A program made the translations under genes and the position numbers. From an uncultured Clostridia bacterium (GTDB lineage: Bacteria > Bacillota > Clostridia > Christensenellales > UBA1242), in the NCBI GenBank assembly GCA_934747385.1, contig CAKVGK010000001.1:340107-404106 (forward strand): a stretch of DNA of 64,000 nt, given 5' to 3'. Each line of letters begins with the position of its first letter. Position 1 is the first letter of the stretch. The notes below the pieces were generated by a model, which was not told the origin of the DNA, did no database searches, and saw nothing but the letters and a program-made list of their open reading frames with translations. This document shows positions 24,479 through 34,765 of the stretch, piece by piece.

Positions 24479-27400
24479 TTAGTTTTGATATTGCATTGTG
24501 AACACAATTGTTGTGGTTTTGCTTGCGTTGTCGAAACTTGAAAAACTTTCAACTGTCAAATACTTTCTGTTTTCGTTTTCTTGGTCGGTGATATACATAT
24601 TGTTCATTTTCCACAAAACTTTGTATAGTCCATTGCTTGTCAACTCGCCAATAATGCTTGTGCCAACATTTTGGCTGCTGTTTTCGTCCACTCGCAATTC
24701 AAATGTACAACTATTTGTTCCATTTTCCACCAATCGGCTTTTGCCATAAATAATCATGTTCAGTGCAAAGGCTTGCAATCTTGAAATTGTGCCATCATAT
24801 TCACTGTATAAATAATGTCTATAATCCCAATCGCTCATGTATTTTAAACTTAAAGTTGAGTTTGCATTTTCTGCTTGAGTTTTGCCAGTGGTGATATTTT
24901 CCGCATTTGGTGTTAAATACAATTCGTTAACGACCTGTTGCAATTTTTCGTAAGAAATTGTTTTAATTGTGTTGGAATAGTAATCGTAATTTTGCTCTAT
25001 TTTGCCAATTTGCAACGTTTGAGGCATGGTTACAATTTGGTTTTCTTCCATATTCACAACTTTGAGTGAATTTGTTTTGTTACCAAAATTCAAATTGGAT
25101 TGTAAATAAGCGTCCGAAACCAAGAAGAACAAGTGACTTGCCATATTGTAAGAATTAGCCTTTGTTCTTGCGTCATAGCGTAAATCGCTGTAAGTTAAAT
25201 CCACATTGTACCAATTTGCTTCGCTTTCCTCGTCTGTTGCCAATTTGACCTTGTTCCAACTGTGAGCGTGATTTGTTGCAACAGTTTCGCCTGCTCCTCG
25301 ATAGAGTAATTTACCATTAACTTTTCTTGCTTCAATGCCTTCAATACCACAAAGCAGAACAAATGCTTTTGAAAGGGACTCGCTTGTTGCCTGTGTTGAA
25401 CCAATCACAATTTCACCATTCGTGGATTGTCCTATATTATAAAGCAGACCCTCCAAGTAGAACTCAGCGCGGTTTCCCCAATCTTTCAACTCACCTTCAA
25501 CATTGTTCATGCCAACTGTTATGGTTTTTGCGTCCATATTAATGTTGTAAGCAAATTCAAGCCAATCGAAAATTGCACTAACCTTTTCCAAATTAGACAT
25601 ATTTGCAGAAGCGATTGCACTAAGCACAAGGCGTGCATTTTGGTAAACCCTTTCTGCTGTTTGGCTGTTTCCAACAAACACAGGTTTAAATCCATATTGA
25701 ACCGCCATAAACAATTGTTCAGTTGTGCTAACTTCCATAGATTTGCAACTGTCAATTGCAAACACTGAGTTGGTGTTTCTTCTAAGTGATTTGTCAATAT
25801 ACACATATTGATTTGCATAATCTTTGGCAATTGTTTTATAGTTCAAATTTTCAACCTTTTCGCCGTCAAGCGCGTTGCTGAAATCTAACCTATAAATTCT
25901 GTCGTTCACCATTTGGCAACTGAAGTTTTTCAGAATTGCCATTTCAGGGTAGGCCTCCAACAACTTTTTGCTTATATATCCCAAAAGGTTAGCGTTTGTT
26001 GTGTTCGCCCCATTAACCAAGTTAAGCCAGTTTCCGTCTGCTGAAAAATCGTAAATACTTGTGTTGCCTGAAACAGAAACGTAGTTTGACGCCTCATCAG
26101 CAAGCCTTAAAATTGCTTGTTTTGTTGTTTCGTCCTCAGTTTTTGAAGGAATAAAAATGTTTAATTTATAGTTTTCGTCCACGCCGTGCAACAAATGATA
26201 CCATAATAAATTTGTGAGTTCTGTAACATTGTTTATGTTGTAATCGTAAATTGTTGAATCATCAAACAAGTACACGCCAAAACGTTCAAAGTCCTTTTGC
26301 TCTGTATACCTATAAATTAAGTCATATTGCGCGCTAAATGGGCTTGAAATGTAAGTTTTTGAACTTTCACTGTTCGCTGCCACCACAGATTTGATGAAAA
26401 TTCTATAATCCCCCTCAACGGTTAAACTATCGTTTATGTTAAAACTGGTTTGTGTGGTTTTGTAAACATACTCTTTGTTTTGAGGGGCAACAACTTTAAC
26501 AGTGTAACTGTCTGCTTGTTGGTCGCCCGTCCACCTAATCAAAAACTCGGAGTTGGACTGATTTGCATGCAAAATATTGTAAGGAGTTGTTAAACTTTCC
26601 AACTTGCTTACAATGGCAAAGTTGCTTGACCTGTCACTTGAATCGTAATAGTCTTTGTCCGCTGGGTGCGCGGTAATGTAAATATAATACTCGCCCGCTT
26701 GTTGCAAATATTTTGTTATGTTAATTGAACCAAGGACCTCTGTGATTGGCAAGGTTAAATTGAGTGTTGCCAAATAATTGTAATACTCAGTGTCGTTCAA
26801 TTTGGTTATTTCAACGCTGTAATTCTTTGCATTTTCTTGCAAGTCGAACGAAAGAATAAACTGCCCATCAGTGAGGTTTGGGTCGCTGACGCTGATATTT
26901 GTGACTTGCTTCAATTGTTTACGCAATTTGTACTCATATTTGCTTGGCTTGCTGGCTTGTGTCACCTTGTCCAAATCTTCTGGCAATGCGCGCACAGATA
27001 TGTCGTGCACACCCGCCTTTGCTTCCCCGTTAATGTCGGTCAAATATTCTGTTATGTCAACTGTGTAAGGTGTGGTGCGATTGTCGTTATACACTGTTTT
27101 GATTTGGAAATCAACTTTAATTTCGTAACGATTTGCGCCCTCAACACCATTAAATTTAATAGAATAAAGGTTTTTGTCTGCCGACTTGGTGATTATAATT
27201 GGGCTGCCGTGCTCGTCTTTTATCATTTCTGGAGTGTCCAGCACTTGATTGTAAGTAAGAGTAAGGCTTGGGCTTGAAAGGTTGCTGCTTACAAACTTGT
27301 CAAACTTATCTGCCACAGCCTGAACTTGCACTCGATATTCTTTGCCGCTTGAAAGCATGCTGGTTAAGTCAATTGAGGTGGCGTAAAATATTTTTGGAAT

Positions 27401-29014
27401 GCAAATTGCTTGGTTGCTTGAGTTGGACAAGTCTGTTACATAAACCTTGTAGCCAATTGCATTTTCAACTTTGTCAAATGAAAGCAAGAATTTGTTGCTG
27501 CCAAAGAATCCCACATTTGTTGGTGTTGCCAACTTAATTGAATAGTTTGGTTTAAGTGTTGCGGTGTTGTGTCTTTTGCCTGTAACAACTGCTGTAACGT
27601 TAACTTGCTCAACGTAATAGCCAATAGTTAACAAACTTAAACTATTAGTGTTAACAACCAAAACTTCGTTGTTGGTTTCCGCTAAATAATAAGCGCCTTC
27701 AACCTGGTTCCAAGTTATATTATCATTTTCAATTCGTATGTTGAGGTTTTCTCCATTTGACGAACTGCTACTCACAAAATTGCCAAGTTCACTATTCGCC
27801 TTTTCGCCATAACCCATTGTTTGAACTGAGGCTGAAATAAAGCCCTCTGGCAATTCAAAAGAGAAAATGTCTTTTGTAAGCACAAAGGTTTGAACCTCAT
27901 CAGGCATGCAAACATACACTTTAAAACCAGAAATTGAGTCCGTGCTTTCCATCTGCCAACTTAAAATATTGTCGGATTGGTTAAATTGCACAACAGGGGC
28001 TGAAACTTTGTTGGTGATTTTAAGTGAGGTTGGCGTTGACCAAGCGGAATTGACATAATAATTTTTGCCTTGGGTTTCAAAAACTGCTTGGCAGGTTATT
28101 TCGGCATAACTGACAGAGCCAAAATCAATGTTTTTGTTTTTGAATGCTTGGTTCAAATTTATATATATTAAATTTTCACAAACTGGGTCTGTTTCAACAC
28201 ACAAAGCATTAATATCAATGGTTTCAATTTCGCCATTAAAGTCCAATTTCAAATTATTTGTATTTTCATCAACAAGGCAGGACAAAATCCAATCATTTGC
28301 CACTTTGTGAAGGTGCAAATTTTGTGGCTCTGCAAGTTTGATTATGTTTTCATAAACAACTTTTGCGCTGAAATCACTTTCCAAATAATTGTTCTCTCGG
28401 CTGATTGCTTTAACGTAAAATTTGTATTCCCCCGCTTCGGTTAGCATTGAAGAAAATTCAAATTTATTCAAACTATATTGTGAAGAAAACACATTTGTTG
28501 CATTTGCAACAGTGTCAGGGTCGTCCGCCGCTATAATTGTTGAAGGTGTAACAACCTTAACAGTATAAATGTTGGCGTTAAGCACATTGTCCCAAGTTAG
28601 GGTTGTGCCTGTGATTTTTGTGTTTGGTGTTTCAATGTGAACTTGGTGCACGTAACTTATTGGGGCAGAAAATTCACTATCTTTCTTTTTACTTGCACAT
28701 GCTTTAACTTGAATGGAATAACTTTCGCCCAGCACCAGCATGCGAGAAATGTCATATTGCAAATAATTCACGCCATTGCTGTTGAAAAGTTCCATGTAAG
28801 GGTTTTGGTTGTTAACAAAAACATTCTGTTCCAAGTCGTTTATTTTAATAACATAATATTCATCATTTTCAATGCGCTGAAACTTAACAATTCCGTCCGC
28901 TGCCACGGCAACTTCTTTTGGCGTGGAAAGAAGGTCTTTGTTAGGATTGCCACACCCCACAAAGCAAAACGGAACAAACAAACATAACACAAACACCCAA
29001 AAACGTTTTTTCAT
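24479..29014 (-). CDS. giant lipoprotein: Fn3-like repeat array plus C-terminal transglutaminase-like core
   Basis: 1511 aa. Signal peptide with lipobox FVGC. At least 7 modules with a W-x2-V-x2-A-x2-Y-x-V pattern (TLTWDNVLNANIYTVKV, ILSWQMESTDSISGFKVYV, LLSFDKVENAIGYKVYV, LIRWTGDQQADSYTVKV and others). Cys-His-Asp candidates in FVLLCGIEG, NHAHSWNKV and WYNVDLTY. Confidence 0.7.
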   Translation of the reverse strand: MKKRFWVFVLCLFVPFCFVGCGNPNKDLLSTPKEVAVAADGIVKFQRIENDEYYVIKINDLEQNVFVNNQNPYMELFNSNGVNYLQYDISRMLVLGESYSIQVKACASKKKDSEFSAPISYVHQVHIETPNTKITGTTLTWDNVLNANIYTVKVVTPSTIIAADDPDTVANATNVFSSQYSLNKFEFSSMLTEAGEYKFYVKAISRENNYLESDFSAKVVYENIIKLAEPQNLHLHKVANDWILSCLVDENTNNLKLDFNGEIETIDINALCVETDPVCENLIYINLNQAFKNKNIDFGSVSYAEITCQAVFETQGKNYYVNSAWSTPTSLKITNKVSAPVVQFNQSDNILSWQMESTDSISGFKVYVCMPDEVQTFVLTKDIFSFELPEGFISASVQTMGYGEKANSELGNFVSSSSSNGENLNIRIENDNITWNQVEGAYYLAETNNEVLVVNTNSLSLLTIGYYVEQVNVTAVVTGKRHNTATLKPNYSIKLATPTNVGFFGSNKFLLSFDKVENAIGYKVYVTDLSNSSNQAICIPKIFYATSIDLTSMLSSGKEYRVQVQAVADKFDKFVSSNLSSPSLTLTYNQVLDTPEMIKDEHGSPIIITKSADKNLYSIKFNGVEGANRYEIKVDFQIKTVYNDNRTTPYTVDITEYLTDINGEAKAGVHDISVRALPEDLDKVTQASKPSKYEYKLRKQLKQVTNISVSDPNLTDGQFILSFDLQENAKNYSVEITKLNDTEYYNYLATLNLTLPITEVLGSINITKYLQQAGEYYIYITAHPADKDYYDSSDRSSNFAIVSKLESLTTPYNILHANQSNSEFLIRWTGDQQADSYTVKVVAPQNKEYVYKTTQTSFNINDSLTVEGDYRIFIKSVVAANSESSKTYISSPFSAQYDLIYRYTEQKDFERFGVYLFDDSTIYDYNINNVTELTNLLWYHLLHGVDENYKLNIFIPSKTEDETTKQAILRLADEASNYVSVSGNTSIYDFSADGNWLNLVNGANTTNANLLGYISKKLLEAYPEMAILKNFSCQMVNDRIYRLDFSNALDGEKVENLNYKTIAKDYANQYVYIDKSLRRNTNSVFAIDSCKSMEVSTTEQLFMAVQYGFKPVFVGNSQTAERVYQNARLVLSAIASANMSNLEKVSAIFDWLEFAYNINMDAKTITVGMNNVEGELKDWGNRAEFYLEGLLYNIGQSTNGEIVIGSTQATSESLSKAFVLLCGIEGIEARKVNGKLLYRGAGETVATNHAHSWNKVKLATDEESEANWYNVDLTYSDLRYDARTKANSYNMASHLFFLVSDAYLQSNLNFGNKTNSLKVVNMEENQIVTMPQTLQIGKIEQNYDYYSNTIKTISYEKLQQVVNELYLTPNAENITTGKTQAENANSTLSLKYMSDWDYRHYLYSEYDGTISRLQAFALNMIIYGKSRLVENGTNSCTFELRVDENSSQNVGTSIIGELTSNGLYKVLWKMNNMYITDQENENRKYLTVESFSSFDNASKTTTIVFTMQYQN

Positions 29015-29243
29015 TTTACCCCTAAAAATTGTTCTCGCTTAATACTCACCTAATAAATGTAGTTTTTGTTGAATAATGAATTTTATTATGCTGAACAATA
29101 ATTAAATACAATATTTAATCTCTAATTAAAGTATATATAAAAATTTTCCATAAATCAAATAATTTAGACAAAATCCCTCAATATTATCAACATTAAAAAT
29201 TCATATCAGCCAGCAAAAAACATAGATTATTTTAGAGGTAGTT

Positions 29244-29972
29244 ATGTATTATTGTAGTGATTTTATTTCTCGACCAGTGTTGTCACTTTATGAGGGAGAG
29301 TTAATTGGCAACGTTTGCAAGTTGTTGTTTGACAAGAAACTTAAAAAATTGTTGTTTTTGGAAATTATTGGTGAGAACGACAATCATTTTTTGCTTCCAA
29401 CAAAAAATATCTACAACGTTGGCAAAAACGCCTTAACAATAAAAAACAACACCGCAGTAAGTTTGAAAATTGAAGACGAATGCTATGCCTGTTGTCCGGC
29501 AGGCTCAAAAGCGTTTAACATAAAAGGCGAATTCCTTGGCATTATTAAAGAGGTTATTTTAAACGATAAATTCACAACAGAAAAATTTTCGTTTGAAAAC
29601 AACGATTTGATAGACGCAAATATGCTTGCTTCTTGCGGCAAAAATACTGTTATATTTTACGACAAACAAACCAAAGTTGACGTAAGCAAATTTGTGCCAA
29701 ACAAAGTTCCAAAAATTTTCAAAACAAAACAGGTTAGCCAAACTTCAATTCTGCCAATTGAAGAAGAAAAAAATGCACAAGTTGTGGCTGTTGAGGAAAC
29801 ACCAAAGCAGGTTCAAAACACAGATTTCTTAATTGGCAAAGTTTGTGTTAAAGACATATTCAATTTTAACAATGAATTGCTTATTAAAGCACATTCTGTT
29901 GTAAACAAAAAAAATTTGAAAGAAATTAATCGCTTTGGAAAATTGCGCGAACTTATGCTTTATTGCAAATAA
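29244..29972 (+). CDS. PRC-barrel domain protein (YlmC/YmxH-like N-terminus)
   Basis: 242 aa. SRPVLSLYEGELIGNVCKLLFDKKLKKLLFLEI...LLPTKNIYNVGKNALTI resembles the PRC-barrel pattern of YlmC/YmxH. A second similar module follows. Confidence 0.5.
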   Translation: MYYCSDFISRPVLSLYEGELIGNVCKLLFDKKLKKLLFLEIIGENDNHFLLPTKNIYNVGKNALTIKNNTAVSLKIEDECYACCPAGSKAFNIKGEFLGIIKEVILNDKFTTEKFSFENNDLIDANMLASCGKNTVIFYDKQTKVDVSKFVPNKVPKIFKTKQVSQTSILPIEEEKNAQVVAVEETPKQVQNTDFLIGKVCVKDIFNFNNELLIKAHSVVNKKNLKEINRFGKLRELMLYCK

Positions 29973-30073
29973 AATATTAAAAAATTGCAAAAATTTCATA
30001 AAAAATATGAAAATAATGCAATTTTTTTAATTAAAATTTAATTTTTATTTATTTTTATAGTTTTTTTTAGTTT

Positions 30074-30589
30074 TTAAAATGATAAAAAGTGAACACTGTC
30101 TTTTATCTTTTTAAAGATTTGCAAATGCCTTTCTTCGTCCAAAATGATACGAGCAAACAAGTCTTTCAAACTTTGATTTTTAACTTTTAAAATGGCGTCG
30201 TTATACATTTTAATTGCGTCTTGTTCCCCAGCAATATTATTGTTCAACATATCATTAAGTTTTTGTGTGTAATTGATAGACCTTGTGTTAAAGAACATGC
30301 CGTTGCTGTCCTCATATCTTGGCACACCACCAAAAGCAGTTATTGCATGCATTAACATGTCTAAATGCTCCATTTCAACAATACCAATTTCCTCAAAAAT
30401 GTCTGCTATCTCCGCGTGTGTTTTGTCTGCCACAACAGACTGATAAATGTAAGTTAACACAGCATTCAATTCGCCAACCGAACAAAATGCCAAGTTTTTT
30501 AATATGTTGACTGTTTGCATGTCGGCGGTTGAATTTTCAATTTCTGGGTATGGTTTTTCTATTCTAACTTCAATATCTTCAAACTCCAT
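30074..30589 (-). CDS. ferritin-like di-metal protein, CotJC/Mn-catalase family-like
   Basis: 171 aa. GELNAVLTYIYQ...EEIGIVEMEHLDML and IAGEQDAIKMYN...LDEERHLQIF align by eye with the CotJC E..EEH / E..E..H helices. Confidence 0.55.
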   Translation of the reverse strand: MEFEDIEVRIEKPYPEIENSTADMQTVNILKNLAFCSVGELNAVLTYIYQSVVADKTHAEIADIFEEIGIVEMEHLDMLMHAITAFGGVPRYEDSNGMFFNTRSINYTQKLNDMLNNNIAGEQDAIKMYNDAILKVKNQSLKDLFARIILDEERHLQIFKKIKDSVHFLSF

Positions 30590-30698
30590 AATTTTTCTCC
30601 TAATGGTTAATATGCAAAGCAGAAAAATTATGTTAATACTGCAAAATTTAAAAAATTAAAATTTTTGCATTAATTTTTATTAATTTTTTTAAATTTTT

Positions 30699-30763
30699 AT
30701 TATTTTTTTATTATTTTTTTATTATTTTTTTATTATTTTTTTATTATTTTTTTATTATTTTTT
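30699..30763. repeat. tandem array of the 11-bp unit ATTATTTTTTT (5 full copies plus one 10-bp copy)
   Basis: Hand-counted units at 30699, 30710, 30721, 30732, 30743 and 30754. The array ends in an A8 run and lies in a divergent intergenic region. Confidence 0.85.
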
Positions 30764-30903
30764 AAAAAAAATCTATTTTATTAGACAACTAAATAATAAA
30801 AAATTCAAATTTAATATTAATAAAATTGTGCACAAATATTTGTTAAAATATATTTTATGTGCTAAAATACTATATAAATATTTTTATATTTTAAGAGGAA
30901 TTA

Positions 30904-33300
30904 ATGTTTAAGCAAAACAGTAAAAAACAAAAATCTAAACAAACAAAGGACATAGCACGTTTTAACCCAAAAGCTGAAACCGGCTTGACTGCCGAACAAG
31001 TGCAAAAACGAATCGAACAAAATTTGGTTAATATCACAAGCACCAAAACTTCAAAAAGCATTTGGAGCATTATTGTAAAAAACGTGTTTACATTTTTCAA
31101 CTTAACATGTTTATTGGTTGCAATTGCCTTAACAATTGTTGGCGCATATAGCGACATGATGTTTATGGTTATTGTTGTTATTAACACAACCATTGGTATT
31201 GTGCAAGAAATAAAAGCAAAAAAGACAATGGACAAACTTTCCCTCACAAACTCAAACTTCACAAAAGTCATTCGAGATGGCGAAGAACAAGAAATTTATA
31301 AAACCGAAGTTGTTTTGGACGATTTGCTTGTGCTTAAACCCGGCATGCAAATTGCTTGCGACAGCATTGTGATTTCTGGCAACGCTGAAGTTAACGAAAG
31401 TTTATTGACTGGCGAAAGCCAACCTGTTAAAAAAGCAAAAGGGGACTCCTTGCTTGGTGGCAGTTTTGTTTCCAGTGGAACATGCATTGCAAAAGTCAAC
31501 AAAATTGGTGACGACAACTATATTGCCGAACTTAGCCAAAAAGCAAAAAAATTTAAGCAGGCAAAAAGTGAACTTCTCACCTCTCTTAGAGCCCTTATCA
31601 AGATTATATCAATTTTCATGGTTCCAATTGCCATTTTAATGGCGTATAACAACTACAATTATTACGTGCAAAATCCAGCGCAGGATTATAGTTTGATTTA
31701 CATGACAATCACAAAAACAGCAGGTTGCATTATTGCTATGATTCCAGCAGGCATGTTCCTTTTAACATCTGTTGCCTTGGCTGTTAGTGTTGTGCGTCTT
31801 GCAAAAAAGCGCACTTTGGTTCAAGACCTTTATTGCATTGAAATGTTAGCTCGCACGGACGTTTTGTGTTTGGACAAAACTGGAACATTGACCAACGGTT
31901 CCATGAGTGTTAAAGATGTTGTTTTGCTTTCAAAGCAAACGGAAAAAGACGTTGATAAAATTGTTTCTTCCATGGTTAACGCATTCCACGACGCAAACCA
32001 CACTGCCCTTGCCCTTAAATCTTATTTTGGCAAACCTTGTTATTCTGCCGAAAAATCCATTCCATTTTCAAGCGAAAGAAAATTTATGGCCTGCAAATTC
32101 AGGTCGGTTGGTGCTTTCAAACTTGGCGCTTACGAGTTTGTTATGGACAAACCTTCCGCTGAACTTAAAAAACTTGCAGAAAATTACTCAATGAACGGCT
32201 ATCGCGTGCTTTTGTTGGCCGAATGTGACGCAAACTTCAGTGCAACAAGTGCAAAGCCCGTTGCTTTGGTTCTGTTGCAGGACAATATTCGTAAAGACGC
32301 ACCTAAAACAATTCAATGGTTTAAAGACAATGGCGTTGACATTAAAATCATTTCAGGCGACAACCCAATAACCGTCAGCGAGGTTGCAAAGCGTGTTGGT
32401 GTTGAAAATTATGATAAATATATCAGCCTATACGGTCTCAGCAACACCGATGTTATGGAAGCGGCAACAAAATATTCAATTTTTGGACGCGTTAGCCCAG
32501 AGCAAAAAGCAATTTTGGTTAAAGCATTAAAAGCCCAAGGCAAAACTGTTGCCATGACTGGCGACGGAGTTAACGATATTTTGGCATTGAAAGAAGCAGA
32601 TTGCTCAATTGCAATTGCCGCCGGCAGCGACGCAGCTCGCAGCGTAAGTCAGTTGGTGCTTTTAGACAGCAATTTCAGTTCTATGCCAAGCGTGGTTGCA
32701 GAAGGCAGGCGTGTTGTTAACAACATTCAAAAATCGTCTTCCCTTTTCTTGATGAAAACCATATTTGCAATCTGCATTGCTGTGTTTGTGCTGTGTTTGA
32801 ACAAAACATATCCATTCAGTCCTATTCAGTTCACTCTGCTTGAAATCTTCGTTATTGGCTTGCCTTCGTTCTTCTTGGCGCTGCAACCTAACACAAACAA
32901 AATTCAAGGTAGGTTTTTAATCAACATTGCAAAAACCACTTTGCCAGCAGGTTTATGTTTGATTGCCAGCACAATAACTATGTATATTTATCAAATGTTC
33001 ACTGGTATTTCAACTGAAGTTCTTGTAACAATGGCTTCTTTGGCAATTTTGGCAATCGGCTTCCTTGCCTTGTTTAAAATGTGCAAACCTTTCAACTGGT
33101 TTAAAACAATAATGTATTTTGCATGCTTGGCGTTAACAATAACCGCCGTTGTTGTGCTTTACGACCTGTTTAAATACGTGCCACTTGCATACCCAGAAAT
33201 TTTGTTCCTCATCATTGTTTGCCAAGCAGCTTACCCACTATATTACGTGTTAGGCAGATTGTTCGAACTTCCTGGCAAGCAACAATCTAATCAAGAATAA
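30904..33300 (+). CDS. cation-transporting P-type ATPase (P2-like; ion not assignable)
   Basis: 798 aa. LLTGESQPV (TGES), CLDKTGTLT phosphorylation site, MTGDGVNDILALKEADCSIA hinge and 8-10 TM segments. RBS AAGAGGA. Confidence 0.88.
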   Translation: MFKQNSKKQKSKQTKDIARFNPKAETGLTAEQVQKRIEQNLVNITSTKTSKSIWSIIVKNVFTFFNLTCLLVAIALTIVGAYSDMMFMVIVVINTTIGIVQEIKAKKTMDKLSLTNSNFTKVIRDGEEQEIYKTEVVLDDLLVLKPGMQIACDSIVISGNAEVNESLLTGESQPVKKAKGDSLLGGSFVSSGTCIAKVNKIGDDNYIAELSQKAKKFKQAKSELLTSLRALIKIISIFMVPIAILMAYNNYNYYVQNPAQDYSLIYMTITKTAGCIIAMIPAGMFLLTSVALAVSVVRLAKKRTLVQDLYCIEMLARTDVLCLDKTGTLTNGSMSVKDVVLLSKQTEKDVDKIVSSMVNAFHDANHTALALKSYFGKPCYSAEKSIPFSSERKFMACKFRSVGAFKLGAYEFVMDKPSAELKKLAENYSMNGYRVLLLAECDANFSATSAKPVALVLLQDNIRKDAPKTIQWFKDNGVDIKIISGDNPITVSEVAKRVGVENYDKYISLYGLSNTDVMEAATKYSIFGRVSPEQKAILVKALKAQGKTVAMTGDGVNDILALKEADCSIAIAAGSDAARSVSQLVLLDSNFSSMPSVVAEGRRVVNNIQKSSSLFLMKTIFAICIAVFVLCLNKTYPFSPIQFTLLEIFVIGLPSFFLALQPNTNKIQGRFLINIAKTTLPAGLCLIASTITMYIYQMFTGISTEVLVTMASLAILAIGFLALFKMCKPFNWFKTIMYFACLALTITAVVVLYDLFKYVPLAYPEILFLIIVCQAAYPLYYVLGRLFELPGKQQSNQE

Positions 33301-34180
33301 TGTTTACAATTTTGTCTTCAACAATTTCAAAATCACAAATGCCCACTAGGGCATTTTTTTTAAACAAAGCAAACGTTGTCGAATTGAAAACAAAATAATT
33401 GTCAAACTCTGGAAAAAATTCTTTAATATTTTCCTTGTTCAAGTTCAGGCTTTTGTCTACAAGATTTTCACAATATTTAAAATTTTCTGCCAACACACAA
33501 TCCATAAACTCCAGCGCTAAAAATTGAGGCTTAAGGCCCATTTCATAATCATCAAGATAAACCAAGTATTTGTTTGTTTCGTTGTTTTTAACACTCAAAA
33601 CCCTGCCGTGGTTTAGTCCGTCGCACAGGTGTTTCAAAATTTGGCGTTCGCCGTCAGAAGAATTATATTCGTCATAAAAATCTGCCCAAATCGCCTTGCC
33701 TTTATTTATAACCACCAAATAATTTCTTGGACCCTCAAAAAATATGTAACAAAACTCACCATCAATTTCATAATGTGAAAATTTTAAGTTTTCCACATTT
33801 TTGTGCACAATTTGTTGTTGGTCATAGTTTATTGTTAAATAGTTAGCCAGAAAAACAAACACGGATTTATTCAAAAATTCAAACTGCCTGAAGTCCTGTG
33901 TTGATGAAAATTGAAAATTTAAAAACAGATATTTGTCCCCGTCATGCTCCACCATTGTTGTGTTATTTTTTGTGGCAAAACCACAAAATTGTTCATAAAA
34001 ATTTATATAAATTTCCTGCTCACCACCAGAACACAAAAACCAATTCGAAGATAAATTTGTTAAGCTGTATGGAACATTTGCACATAAAGAGAACCTTTCA
34101 TTTCCTGTTTGCCCAAAAACAACTTCCTCTTTACAAAGTGGAAAAATTTTGCAATCACAATTGCTGATTAGATAATACAT
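33287..34180 (-). CDS. hypothetical protein (297 aa)
   Basis: ORF only. It converges on the ATPase gene and overlaps its end by 14 nt. No motif recognised. Confidence 0.4.
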   Translation of the reverse strand: MYYLISNCDCKIFPLCKEEVVFGQTGNERFSLCANVPYSLTNLSSNWFLCSGGEQEIYINFYEQFCGFATKNNTTMVEHDGDKYLFLNFQFSSTQDFRQFEFLNKSVFVFLANYLTINYDQQQIVHKNVENLKFSHYEIDGEFCYIFFEGPRNYLVVINKGKAIWADFYDEYNSSDGERQILKHLCDGLNHGRVLSVKNNETNKYLVYLDDYEMGLKPQFLALEFMDCVLAENFKYCENLVDKSLNLNKENIKEFFPEFDNYFVFNSTTFALFKKNALVGICDFEIVEDKIVNIILD

Positions 34181-34378
34181 ATAAATATTTATGAATTAAT
34201 TTTTAAAAAATTTCTTAATGGAAAATAATCTCACTGATTAATGAAACTGTTCTGTTAAAAACTATTTTAAATTTAATTAATAAGTTTAATAACACAAAAT
34301 TTAAAAAAATCTCAAAATAAAACAATAAAATGCAAATCTGTCCACGATAAATGCTTTAAACTGGGGGAAAATAAATTT

Positions 34379-34645
34379 ATGATTAACGATAAAGAAACAA
34401 ATAAAAATTGCAATGTTCATGTTATGCCGCCCCAAATTTCCGACGACGACATTAATGCTTTATTTTCTGGCATTATTGCCATTATGAAAAAGAAAATTGA
34501 GTTGGAAACAAAAGCAAGCGTAATTAATGCTAATTCAAATTTTGAAAAAATTTTGGCAGAATTGAAAGCAAAACAAGCCGAATGCAATCGACTTAAAAAT
34601 GAAATTATATTTTTAAAATCAAAACTCAAAGAGCAAGAACAATAA
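34379..34645 (+). CDS. small coiled-coil protein (88 aa), hypothetical
   Basis: ORF with RBS GGGGGAAA. The C-terminal half is heptad-like (ILAELKAKQAECNRLKNEIIFLKSKLKEQEQ). Confidence 0.4.
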   Translation: MINDKETNKNCNVHVMPPQISDDDINALFSGIIAIMKKKIELETKASVINANSNFEKILAELKAKQAECNRLKNEIIFLKSKLKEQEQ

Positions 34646-34765
34646 AAAAATTTTGCAAAAATTAAACAAAAAAGCACAAAATTGAAAATTTGTCAAGAAA
34701 TTTCAACATTTTTTTCAAATTCGTTTGCATAAATAAAATTAAATTGCTATATTCTTTTTATAAGT

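Noticed and set aside
30640-30780. Could the ATTATTTTTTT array be a CRISPR array or minisatellite-encoded peptide?
   Set aside because: The units are 11 bp and directly abutting, with no spacers, no palindromic repeat and no cas genes nearby. No ORF spans the array. It is treated as a phased T-tract tandem repeat instead.
30891-31271. 126-aa minus-strand ORF overlapping the P-type ATPase start
   Set aside because: It is antisense to a well-supported ATPase N-terminus, and its hydrophobic composition mirrors the TM-coding strand. It is judged spurious.
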